Shown: positions 18,122 through 26,926, counted from the stretch's first letter. The stretch: DNA of 64,000 nucleotides from Dehalococcoidia bacterium (GCA_009693045.1 SHXZ01000003.1:53092-117091); one strand, 5' to 3'. Program-made: numbers and translations. The notes: generated from the letters alone by a model not told the origin.

Positions 18122-19891
18122 ATGAGCCCCACGGAGGTCGCCATGAGACTAACAGCAAAGCTGTTCTTTACTCTGGGCATCATCGCAGTCGTGGGGGTAA
18201 TTGCCGCTGCGTGCGGCGGCGACCAAGCGCCCAAGTCGGCCAACAAGACGCCGTCCGGCGCCGAGGCGCCCAAGGCCGCGTCCCCCTCCCCAACTGCGTC
18301 TGCGCCCGAGGGTGGGGTGTTCCGCCGATTGTGGATGGACCCGCCAACCCTTGACCCGCACCTTGCGAACGACACGTCCTCAGCGGGCCTCATCGTTGAG
18401 GTATTCAGCGGGCTAGTGACGATTTCGCCGGCGCTAACGATAGAGCCGGACATCGCCGAGCGGTGGGACATCGGCACGGACCACCAGACCTACACGTTCT
18501 ATCTGCGCAAAGACGCCAAGTTTCACGACGGCAAGGCCGTGACCGCCAAGGACTTCAAGTATTCCTTTGAGCGCGCCACCGATCCAAGGCTCTTGTCCCC
18601 CGTGGCGGACACGTATCTGGGAGAGATTCAAGGCGCCAAGGACAAGATTGAAGGACGAGCGACCGAGGTGAGCGGCGTCAAGGTGATTGACAACTACACC
18701 CTGCAAATCACCACGGTCCGCCCAATGGCCTACTTCCTGGCCATGCTCACGTACCCAACGGCGTACGTGGTTGACCAGAGCAACATTGAGCGCCTTGGCA
18801 GAAACTGGGCGAGCCAGCCCAACGGCACCGGCCCCTTCAAGCTCAAGGAGTACCGCATCGGCGAGCGTGTGGTCTTGGAGCGCAACCCCTTGTACTACCG
18901 GGAGCCCGCCAAGCTTGACCGCATTGAGTACATCCTGAGCGGCGGCTCCCCAATGGCCATGTACGAGAACGACGAAATAGACATGACCGGCGTGGGCATC
19001 GCCGACATTGACCGCGTCCGGGACCCCAAGGACCCGCTGAACAAGGAAGTGCACGCCACGCCGCCGGGTTTTACCGTCAGCTACATTGGGTTCAACACAG
19101 CTAAGCCGCCTTTTGACGACGTCAACGTGCGCCGCGCCCTCAACTTTGCGACCAACAAAGAGCTCATCGCCAAGGAGATACTGTCCGGGCTGGCGATTCC
19201 AGCCTACGGCATCCTCCCCAAGGACTTCCCCGGCTACACGGGTCAGACCAAGGGGCTGACGTTTGACGCCGCCAAGGCGCGCCAGGCTATGGCCGCCTCC
19301 AAGTATGCCGCGCCTAACGCCAAAGACCTGCTGGCCCAATACGAGAGCACTCAGGACCCCAAGGCCCTGGCTGACTTTCAGGCCGCAACCGCCGGCAAGC
19401 TGCCGCGCATGGTGCTCACCGTGCCCGGCACCGGAGGCGGTTTGGGCCTGGACCTTGAGGTGATCGTGGAAATGTGGAAGGAGGCCCTTGGGCTCAACGT
19501 GGAGTTCCAGCAGGTGGAGTGGGCAACATTCCTGCAAGACCTCAACGCCAAGAAGCTCCAGGTCTTCTCCGGCCTTGGCTGGCAGGCGGACTACCCAGAC
19601 CCGCAGAACTTCCTTGACGTGCTGTTCTACTCCAAGAGCGACACCAACCACGGCGCCTACGCGAACCAGGAATTGGACAAGGTCCTGGAAGAGGCCCGCA
19701 GCGAGCCTGATTGGAACAAGCGCGTTGCGCTCTACCAGAAGGCCGAGCAGCTGGTGCTTGACGACGCTGCGTGGGTGCCCCTCTGGTTCAGCACCGAGGT
19801 CCCCGTGCTCATCAAGCCGCGGGTAAAGAACTACAAGCTGCTGCCCCTCATCGTCCCGCACATGCGCGACGTGTATATAGACAAGGGGTAA
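18122..19891 (+). CDS. ABC transporter substrate-binding protein, peptide/nickel (family 5, DppA/OppA-like)
   Basis: Track ORF of 589 aa with a lipoprotein signal (..GVIAAAC) and family-5 SBP-like sequence. The start may be the Met at 18143. Confidence 0.85.
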   Translation: MSPTEVAMRLTAKLFFTLGIIAVVGVIAAACGGDQAPKSANKTPSGAEAPKAASPSPTASAPEGGVFRRLWMDPPTLDPHLANDTSSAGLIVEVFSGLVTISPALTIEPDIAERWDIGTDHQTYTFYLRKDAKFHDGKAVTAKDFKYSFERATDPRLLSPVADTYLGEIQGAKDKIEGRATEVSGVKVIDNYTLQITTVRPMAYFLAMLTYPTAYVVDQSNIERLGRNWASQPNGTGPFKLKEYRIGERVVLERNPLYYREPAKLDRIEYILSGGSPMAMYENDEIDMTGVGIADIDRVRDPKDPLNKEVHATPPGFTVSYIGFNTAKPPFDDVNVRRALNFATNKELIAKEILSGLAIPAYGILPKDFPGYTGQTKGLTFDAAKARQAMAASKYAAPNAKDLLAQYESTQDPKALADFQAATAGKLPRMVLTVPGTGGGLGLDLEVIVEMWKEALGLNVEFQQVEWATFLQDLNAKKLQVFSGLGWQADYPDPQNFLDVLFYSKSDTNHGAYANQELDKVLEEARSEPDWNKRVALYQKAEQLVLDDAAWVPLWFSTEVPVLIKPRVKNYKLLPLIVPHMRDVYIDKG

Positions 19892-19946
19892 GCCATCGCC
19901 CAAAAAGGGGGAACCACGCGGTTTACCTCTACTTGTGAACCCGGAG

Positions 19947-20157
19947 TAATACCAGTTCTGCATGAGAGTGGCGCAAATCAACAATGCCATTCTGAGGGAG
20001 CGGAAGCGACCGAGGAATCTCTCCGCGTGTTGTTGGCCGCACAGGTAGCTGAAGAGATTCCTCGCGGAGTTTACCCTTGAGCGGAGCGAAGGGATCAGAA
20101 TGGTAGAAAAAATTCCTCTCTTGAATAGATGTCACCGTCACGCAGCGTTGGTATAGG
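19947..20157. repeat. MITE-like composite repeat of about 210 bp (family A)
   Basis: taataccagttctgcatgagagtggcgcaaatcaacaatgCCATTCTGAGGGAGCGGAAGCGACCGAGGAATCTC...GAGATTCCTCGCGGAGTTTACCCTTGAGCGGAGCGAAGGGATCAGAATGG...gttggtatagg. It contains internal inverted modules. It sits between the SBP and permease genes. Confidence 0.8.
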
Positions 20158-20279
20158 AACTGTCGTGTAGGAGCGATTCATGAGTCGCCCCTACAGAGCG
20201 CTTAGGAACCAGAGCTGCAATAGCGAGGCCAGGAGCGTAGTCAGACGCGCGGTGACCCTACTGCGAAGGAAAGAGAACG

Positions 20280-21209
20280 ATGGGGGCCTTCATCGTCAGG
20301 CGGTTGTTGTGGCTCCCGTTCCTGCTGCTCATCGTCAGCCTCGTCACCTTCGCGCTGGGCACGTACGGCCCCGGCGACCCGGTGGAAGTCCGCCTGGGGA
20401 CCAGGGCAAACCCTCAGACCGTCGCGCGGCTCCGCCGTCAGATGGGCCTGGAGCGTCCCTTCTTTGTCCAGTGGGGCGACTACGTCCGCAAGGCCCTCAA
20501 GGGCGACTTCGGAGAAAGCTTAACGTATCGCGGCCAGACCGTCGGCGGTCTCGTCGCCAAGAAGATATGGGTCTCCGCCCGCCTGACCTTTGCCGCGATG
20601 TTCATCGGCATCGGACTGGGCATTCCGCTGGGACTCCTGGCGGCGCTCAAGCAAGGGACGTGGCTTGACGGGGCCCTAGTGAGCTTTGCGCTCTTCTTCA
20701 ACGCGACGCCGGTGTTCATCACCGCGCCCTTCCTCATCATTCTCTTCGCGCTCAAGCTCCACCTTCTGCCAACAAGTGGATGGGATGGTCTGTTCAGCAC
20801 CAAGATCATCATGCCCGCGCTGGTGATGGGACTGCCGGGCATCGCGGGGCTGGCCCGCATGACCCGAGCAAGCGCGATGGAAGTCTTGGGGCAGGACTAC
20901 ATTCGCACGGCCCGCGCGAAGGGACTCAGCGAGTTCACCATCCAGGTTCGTCACGTGCTCCGCAACGCGCTCATCCCCGTCATCACCATCCTCGGCCTCT
21001 CACTCGCCGGACTGGTCGAGGGCGCCTTCATCACCGAGACCATCTTTGGCATCCCCGGGATCGGGCGCCTGGCGGTTGAGTCCATCTTCCATCGGGACTA
21101 TCCGGTCATCATGGCGCTCACGCTCATACCCGCCTGCGCGCTGGTCATGGCTGTGCTCATCTCCGATGTCCTGTACGCCGTCGTTGATCCGCGCATCAGG
21201 TACACGTAG
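20280..21209 (+). CDS. ABC transporter permease (DppB/OppB-like)
   Basis: Track ORF of 309 aa with the typical N-terminus MGAFIVRRLLWLPFLLLIVSLVTFAL and an EAA-like loop (..YIRTARAKGLSE..). Confidence 0.9.
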   Translation: MGAFIVRRLLWLPFLLLIVSLVTFALGTYGPGDPVEVRLGTRANPQTVARLRRQMGLERPFFVQWGDYVRKALKGDFGESLTYRGQTVGGLVAKKIWVSARLTFAAMFIGIGLGIPLGLLAALKQGTWLDGALVSFALFFNATPVFITAPFLIILFALKLHLLPTSGWDGLFSTKIIMPALVMGLPGIAGLARMTRASAMEVLGQDYIRTARAKGLSEFTIQVRHVLRNALIPVITILGLSLAGLVEGAFITETIFGIPGIGRLAVESIFHRDYPVIMALTLIPACALVMAVLISDVLYAVVDPRIRYT

Positions 21210-21213
21210 AACC

Positions 21214-22179
21214 ATGGCCGTGGAACAGGTCGCGGGCCGCGTCCAGCTCCGATATCGTTCCCGCGGGCTTCTGCGCAACGCCGTCCGCCGCCTGATCAAG
21301 AAGCCAAAGGCGGTTGTCGCCATTGCTGCACTGCTCCTCCTGTATGGGAGCGGAATTTTCGCCAACCTCCTCGCCCCCTATCCCTACACCGAGCAGGACC
21401 TCCACGCGGTCCGGCAGGGCCCTTCCGCCGAGCACTGGCTCGGGACCGACACCGCAGGGCGAGACGTGCTGAGCAGACTGATGTATAGCATGCGGGCCAA
21501 CCTCATCCTCACCGTTACCTCCATGGCCACCGGCACCCTGGTAATCGGCATTACGCTCGGGCTCGTTGCCGGCTACTACCGGAAGTGGGCAGACACCCTC
21601 ATCAGCAGACTCGGGGAGGTCTTCCTCGCCTTTCCCGGCATCCTCCTGATGATCCTCATGGCGGCCACCATCAAACCCCGAGTGCTGGAGCTTACCCGCG
21701 CCTTTGAGGACTCCACAGGCATAACCGGGCTGGTCCGCTGGGGCTTGGCCGACTACCTGGTCATCTTCTTCGCCCTCGCCGCGGTGAGCTGGGTCGGCAT
21801 GATGCGGCTGGTGCGCGGGCAGATCCTCTATCTGAAGGAGGCGCAGTACGCAGACTCCGCCAGGGCCATGGGCGCGTCCACAGCCCGCATCATCTTCGTC
21901 CACCTGCTGCCCAACGCGCTGCCGCCGGTGATCGTCTCCATCTCCATGGGCCTGGGCGCCATAGCGGGGGCGGAAGTGGCGCTCAGCTGGCTAGGCATCG
22001 GCATCCAGCCGCCCGTCCCCAGCCTAGGGAACCTGATCCGGGGTGGCCAGGATATTTCTCTCCTGCGCAATCACCCTCACCTCATCCTCTCTCCCGTCAT
22101 TGTCGTAGGAACCCTGATTTTCGCGTGGAACCTACTCGGTGACGCCCTGAACGACGTGTTGAACCCCCGTGCGCGCTAG
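21214..22179 (+). CDS. ABC transporter permease (DppC/OppC-like)
   Basis: Track ORF 21046..22179. I place the start at ATG 21214 (MAVEQVAGR..), 5 nt after the upstream stop, because the earlier part overlaps the previous gene out of frame. Confidence 0.85.
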   Translation: MAVEQVAGRVQLRYRSRGLLRNAVRRLIKKPKAVVAIAALLLLYGSGIFANLLAPYPYTEQDLHAVRQGPSAEHWLGTDTAGRDVLSRLMYSMRANLILTVTSMATGTLVIGITLGLVAGYYRKWADTLISRLGEVFLAFPGILLMILMAATIKPRVLELTRAFEDSTGITGLVRWGLADYLVIFFALAAVSWVGMMRLVRGQILYLKEAQYADSARAMGASTARIIFVHLLPNALPPVIVSISMGLGAIAGAEVALSWLGIGIQPPVPSLGNLIRGGQDISLLRNHPHLILSPVIVVGTLIFAWNLLGDALNDVLNPRAR

Positions 22180-22326
22180 GCCATTCCAAGAGCGTTCGCG
22201 GTCTTGTTATCTCTGCTAACAATGCGTGACGCTTTACTCCCTCCCGCCGCAGCTAAAAGGCTGGGGCAACAGATGTAGGACCTGGCAGGTCCGGGACACG
22301 ATCTTCGTGAAGGCGCAGGTGCTCTT

Positions 22327-22787
22327 ATGACCACCAAGGGAAACCGGGCGGAGTCCATCATCCAGGCGGTCCCGCTCTTTGCGGCGCCGCTCAACCGGTG
22401 AGCGCGTGCCGCAGCGCCCTCGTTGAGGACGCGTAACTCCAGACGTTCCCCAAGACCGCCGCCATCGGGGAACAGAACACCCCCTGCGAGGGCCTGTTCG
22501 CGCTGAACCATGGCGCGGCTCGCGAGTTCATCCGTGCGCCCGGCGCCGGCGGCGAGATAACGCTCCGGCTGCTCAAACCCGGCGACGCGTACGGGCTGGT
22601 GCCGCTGGTGGACGAAAAAGACAGCGCCACGAGCCTGGCGGCGCTCCAGACGTGCGAGTTCCTAGTGGTGACCAAGGCCAACTTCCAGGCGATCCTCCAG
22701 CACCATCCCGAGGTCTTCCGAGACGCGATGGACCACCTGTGCCGCGAGGCTCGCCAGGCGTACCTGTGGATCGCCACCCTGGCGTGA
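22327..22787 (+). pseudogene. disrupted cyclic-nucleotide-binding (CAP_ED) domain gene
   Basis: ATG at 22327 gives MTTKGNRAESIIQAVPLFAAPLNR and then TGA at 22399. Another frame reads ..SALVEDA-TAA(22434)-LQTFPKTAAIGEQNTPCEGLFALNHGAAREFIRAPGAGGEITLRLLKPGDAYGLVPLVDEKDSATSLAALQTCEFLVVTKANFQAIL..* and ends at 22787. A cNMP-binding fold is recognisable but needs one frameshift and one stop read-through. Confidence 0.5.
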
Positions 22788-22887
22788 CTCTTCCCGTGCC
22801 GCTGGCGCGCCGACTCCGTTGCCGTGCTGACGGGTCTTTCGCAACGAAGGCCAACTGAAGGAGTGTGGAGGTCTTCTAGCGAGAGTA

Positions 22888-22916
22888 TTGACTTTTTCTC
22901 AAACAATTCGTATGCT
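22888..22916 (+). promoter_or_regulatory. near-consensus sigma70-type promoter
   Basis: TTGACT (22888..22893), a 17-nt spacer, then TATGCT (22911..22916) in a locally AT-richer patch, about 85 nt upstream of the ATG at 23000 (SD GGAGGA). Confidence 0.5.
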
Positions 22917-22999
22917 ATCTCAGATAAATAATTGCGGCCCGCCACGCTCGTTGCACCTACGCAACAGTGCGGCGGTAAAGTCGCCATTGGAGGACAGAC

Positions 23000-23305
23000 A
23001 TGGCCGACGCAACTCTGCTGGCCCCGGCTCTCCAGCCCAAATCAGCTCAAGATGGTCTTGCCAAAGTCCTAACTGGACTTGTGAAAGAGCAGCAGACGTG
23101 GTACCAGACTGAGGCGAAGTTCTCCGCGTTCGCCAAGGACCTGGCGGCCCAGCTAGAGGTCATCCAGAAGCACAAAGATTACGATTACACGTATCAGCTC
23201 TATCAGACCGCCTGGGCGCTGACGCTGATCGCCCGCCTCGGCGTTGAGTTGACGCAGATGGCCGAGCGACTGGCGATGGTGGAGCAAGCCGTTAAAGCCA
23301 GATAA
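23000..23305 (+). CDS. hypothetical protein (101 aa, predicted helical)
   Basis: Track ORF with a good SD (attGGAGGAcagacATG) and its own promoter-like element. I recognise no family. Confidence 0.55.
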   Translation: MADATLLAPALQPKSAQDGLAKVLTGLVKEQQTWYQTEAKFSAFAKDLAAQLEVIQKHKDYDYTYQLYQTAWALTLIARLGVELTQMAERLAMVEQAVKAR

Positions 23306-23407
23306 TCGCGCGCAGAAGAGGAGAAGGAAAGAGGGAACTGTTTCGCGGGTTCCTCTTCTTGGATGTTGAGGTGTCCCAACGGCGGCCAACGGCTCCAGGT
23401 TGAACCG

Positions 23408-24784
23408 TTACCCTCGCCACCGCCTCCGCACTGCCACGAACGCCAGCGCCCCGGCCAGCCCAAGCCACATCCCCACGTCCGCCGAGGCCCCCTCCGAGCG
23501 AGAGCACGCGCCGCCGGCGCGGCGCGGCTTGTCGCTCTCCGCGCCGGTTGCACCGGTGGGGCTTGACGCCTGAGGCTGGCTGGTCGTGGCCTGCGGGAAC
23601 TGCAAGGGGGCAGCGGTAACCGTCTGCGCCTTCGGCAGCTCGGTCTTGGTAACGTCTTCAGGCAGCGGCAGGCCGATAGTCTTGCGCCAACGCTGGTCCA
23701 GCCCAAAGCGGTCAAACCCATACGCCTGGGTCAACGCCGAGTCCATCCCTTGGCCAGCCCGAAGGAGCCGAAACAGGGTCCGGAGCTTTTCGGTGCCGCT
23801 GGGCTCGCTCTCAATCAAGTACTCCATCACGCTGCGCCCAAGGCCGTACACCACCATGACGTCCTCAGACTTCCCGGGCATCTGAGTAAGCGACGTCAGG
23901 GGCTTCAGTGTCCCGCGGACAATAGCCAGGGAGAGGTACTGCTCGTAGACCTGGCTTGGCTCCAGGTTGGCGTACTCGGCGAGGCCTTCGTTCATCCAGA
24001 CAGGGATGTTATCGTTGCCGAGTGCGTCGTGGATCAGGAAGTGGGTCATCTCGTGCGAGGCCAGACCGCGCACCTGAGCGTCGTCGGCCAGCAAGAGAAT
24101 GATGCCGAAATCGCTGAACGTAGTGCCCTCCGTGATCAACTCGCCCCGCTGTGTTCTGCTGGTGAGGGGCAGGGCGTTCACCATGTCATTCCAGTTGTTG
24201 TACAACGTGAGCCGGACCGGGCTGACTTGCGTCAAGCCGAACAGCTTCCTACCAACCTTGTCAATCGTGGTGTCCACGGCATCCACAACCGTCTGCGCGC
24301 GGGTCTTCATCGGCCCGTAATAACGAATGGTTATGTCGCCTTGCTTCAGCTCGTGCCAGGTGAAGCGCGAGTCGTCAAAGATGAAACGCTTCGGCTGGGA
24401 GCTGACCACATTTCCGATTGTGTCCTCTACCTCAAAGTAATACTCCATAAGCACGCCCGGTGGTATGTACCGTTTGAGGTCGGAGCCGGTGCGGATGAGC
24501 ACTTCGCTCGTGCCGGTGGAGGCGTCGGGCGCCGGCAGGTAGTCGTACCGCTGCACTCTGCCGCCGACGATGCTGAAGTGCACGGTCACGGTTTTCACAT
24601 CTCCTGGATTGCTGACCCTAACCCGGAAGAGGATGCCGTCGGGGAACTTGCTTTCCGCCTTGGCGTCTTGAACGGTGACGCGCGACGAGTCGGCGGAGAC
24701 GACGCCGTCGGCGCGGAGTCCGAGCGCGAACACCGCCGCCAGAGCAAGGAAAACGACGAGGAGCGTTGACCTGCGCATGGACAT
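23408..24784 (-). CDS. secreted/membrane-anchored peptidase MA-family (HExxH) protein
   Basis: Track ORF 23408..24889. I place the start at Met 24784 (MSMRRSTLLVVFLALAAVFALG, a signal peptide). The zinc motif is HEMTH with a downstream NEGLAEY. A C-terminal hydrophobic helix is followed by RRRWRG. Confidence 0.75.
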   Translation of the reverse strand: MSMRRSTLLVVFLALAAVFALGLRADGVVSADSSRVTVQDAKAESKFPDGILFRVRVSNPGDVKTVTVHFSIVGGRVQRYDYLPAPDASTGTSEVLIRTGSDLKRYIPPGVLMEYYFEVEDTIGNVVSSQPKRFIFDDSRFTWHELKQGDITIRYYGPMKTRAQTVVDAVDTTIDKVGRKLFGLTQVSPVRLTLYNNWNDMVNALPLTSRTQRGELITEGTTFSDFGIILLLADDAQVRGLASHEMTHFLIHDALGNDNIPVWMNEGLAEYANLEPSQVYEQYLSLAIVRGTLKPLTSLTQMPGKSEDVMVVYGLGRSVMEYLIESEPSGTEKLRTLFRLLRAGQGMDSALTQAYGFDRFGLDQRWRKTIGLPLPEDVTKTELPKAQTVTAAPLQFPQATTSQPQASSPTGATGAESDKPRRAGGACSRSEGASADVGMWLGLAGALAFVAVRRRWRG

Positions 24785-24797
24785 CTGTCTCTCTACG

Positions 24798-25562
24798 TTA
24801 TCGCGGCCTGGTGAGCGCCGACGTCGGACCGCCCACCGGCGTCTGCGTATTCGGCACCTTCGCCACCTCAAGCAGGTCCTCTCGGCCAACCGCGGTGAGC
24901 ACTTTCTGGAGGAGCACCTGCTCCGGCACCGCGCCGAGGACTTCCACCGTGTTGTTGATCACGATCTTGGGCACCGCCTGCACCCGGTAGCTCTGCCCCA
25001 GGTACGGGAACTCCTGGACCTCCACCACGTCCGCCCTAATCTGCTCCGTCTCCATCGCCATTGCGTGGGCCATCCTGGCCACACTCGGACAGTGCGGTCA
25101 GGTAGGTGTGACGAACACCTGGACGTGCGCCGGCTTGTCCAGCCTTTTGAGAGCCTTACGCGTGAGCGGCTGGAGCGGATTGACGTTGCGCGAGAGCGCC
25201 ACCATGCCCTCCAGCAACGTCACGAATTCGTAGCCGGACGGGGTGCCGTACAGCTTCATGTTGGAAGCCTTGTGCCCAGCGGTGCTCAGGACGATGCAGG
25301 GGACCCGGTCAACTCCGTGGTCGCGCGCCAATTGCGCCTGGGTGTAGAAGTCGTAGGTCTCCACCTTGATGCGGGGCGACAGGGACGCGACCTCGTTGAC
25401 CAGCTCGTTGACCTGGGGGCAGGTCGGGCACTCGCGTCCGGGGACGACCAGCAAACCGGCGCTCCGTACGGTGAACAGCTTGATCGTGACGTCGCCCTTC
25501 AGGTCCGTCTTGAACCGCGTTTGCAGCGCCCTCTTGTCCTGTTCGGAAAGGAACGGCATCAC
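24798..25562 (-). CDS. two-domain thioredoxin-fold (glutaredoxin-like/PDO-like) protein with in-frame TGA: candidate selenoprotein (CPTC + UPHC)
   Basis: Track ORFs 25098..25562 (..[10 protein letters not shown].. ending ..VQVFVTPT) and 24798..25082 are in the same frame and separated only by TGA at 25098..25100. Read-through gives ..[55 protein letters not shown]... The start overlaps the recA stop. Confidence 0.55.
25065..25100 (-). promoter_or_regulatory. candidate Sec-recoding signal (UGA-C plus downstream stem-loop)
   Basis: mRNA: UGA CCG CAC UGU CCG A-GUGUGGCC-AGGAU-GG(C)CCACGC. That is an 8-bp stem with one bulged C and a 5-nt loop containing GG. The loop begins about 21 nt after the UGA. 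Confidence 0.4.
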
Positions 25563-26653
25563 TCCCCCCTGGACACGCCGTTGGTGCTCGGTGCGAAGGC
25601 GTCTTCTCCGGCGTCGGTATCGGAGGCTGGCGACGCGCCCAACTCGTAGGCGACCGTGGTGGCGCTGCGGATCTCGCGTTCTATCTTGTCGGCGATGTCC
25701 TGATGCGTGCCCAGGAACTCCCGCGAGGCCTCTCTGCCCTGGCCGAGCCTGGTCTCACCGTACGAGTAGAAGGCGCCGTTCTTCTTCAGCAGACCCTGGT
25801 TCACGCCCAGGTCCAGCAGGTCGCCGGTCTTGGAGATCCCCTGGTTAAACATGATGTCAAACTCGGCGGTCCGGAACGGCGGCGCCACCTTGTTCTTGAC
25901 CACCCGCGCCCTTACACGCGCGCCAACCACGTCGTTGCCGTGCTTGACCGCTTCTATGCGCCGGAGGTCCAGCCTCACCGACGCGTAGAACTTGAGGGCG
26001 CGGCCGCCGGACGTGGTCTCCGGGTTGCCGAAGAGCACGCCGATCTTCTCACGGATCTGGTTGATGAAGATCATTGTGGTCTTGGAGCGGCTGATGGAGC
26101 CCGTAAGCTTCCGGAGCGCCTGGGACATGAGCCGCGCCTGGAGCCCCAGATGCATGTCGCCCATGTCGCCCTCAAGCTCCGCCTTGGGCACCAGCGCGGC
26201 CACGCTGTCCAGCACCACCACGTCCACCGCCCCGCTGCGCACCAGGTAGTCGGCGATCTCCAGCGTCTGCTCGGCGTAGTCCGGCTGGGAGATGAGAAGG
26301 TCGTCCACGTTGACGCCCAGCTTGCGCATGTAGGTGGGGTCCAGCGCGTGCTCCACGTCCAGGTAGGCGGCGGTGCCGCCGGTGCGCTGGGCGTTGGCGA
26401 CCACGTGGAGGGCCAGCGTGGTCTTGCCGGAGGCCTCCGCGCCGTAGATTTCTATGACGCGGCCACGGGGCAGGCCGCCCACGCCCAGGGCCAGGTCCAG
26501 CGCCAGCGAGCCGGTGGAGATGACCTCCACGCCGAGCTGCTTGGCGACCTCGCCCATGCGCATGATGGTGCCCTTGCCGTACTGATGCTCCACCTGGGCG
26601 ATGGCGAGATCAAGGGCCTTACGCCGTTCGCCCTGCTGTGAAACCGTGGTCAT
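25559..26653 (-). CDS. recA: recombinase RecA
   Basis: Track ORF 25559..26707. I place the start at Met 26653 ([35 protein letters not shown]..). Walker A is GAEASGKTT, and the sequence is RecA-like throughout. Confidence 0.95.
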   Translation of the reverse strand: MTTVSQQGERRKALDLAIAQVEHQYGKGTIMRMGEVAKQLGVEVISTGSLALDLALGVGGLPRGRVIEIYGAEASGKTTLALHVVANAQRTGGTAAYLDVEHALDPTYMRKLGVNVDDLLISQPDYAEQTLEIADYLVRSGAVDVVVLDSVAALVPKAELEGDMGDMHLGLQARLMSQALRKLTGSISRSKTTMIFINQIREKIGVLFGNPETTSGGRALKFYASVRLDLRRIEAVKHGNDVVGARVRARVVKNKVAPPFRTAEFDIMFNQGISKTGDLLDLGVNQGLLKKNGAFYSYGETRLGQGREASREFLGTHQDIADKIEREIRSATTVAYELGASPASDTDAGEDAFAPSTNGVSRGE

Positions 26654-26897
26654 GTTGCTCCTTTCCCGCGCTCTGCAACGCCACTCCCGCATCGTACCAC
26701 AGCCCAAAACCGCCGAGAAGCCGTCGTTCCAATCCCCACGCCTTCAGGCGTGGAGAACCCCGCCCGGGGCGGGTAACTCGCCAACTCTTCGCCAAACTTA
26801 TCCCCAACGCTCCCGGAGTTATTCTCCTTGACTTCCACACCTCGCTCACCGCACACTCATCGATAGGCGTGTTCATCAACGGGGGCGGCCCGGCTGG

Positions 26898-26926
26898 TTG
26901 CTCCCAAGTGTACCGTATGGTAAACT
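26898..26926 (+). promoter_or_regulatory. candidate sigma70-type promoter upstream of rplI
   Basis: TTGCTC (26898..26903), a 17-nt spacer, then TAAACT (26921..26926). Confidence 0.4.

Noticed and set aside
22391-22987. 198-aa minus-strand ORF overlapping the cNMP-binding relic.
   Set aside because: It has no family resemblance and its composition is Ser/Arg/Ala-rich. The opposite strand shows a recognisable, though disrupted, cNMP-binding domain, which better explains the open frames.
23316-23365. Possible bidirectional terminator between the 101-aa ORF and the peptidase gene.
   Set aside because: Only short, interrupted complementary segments are present (AAGAGGA/TCCTCTT and GGAAC/GTTCC, with bulges and a large loop). 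This is too weak to call.
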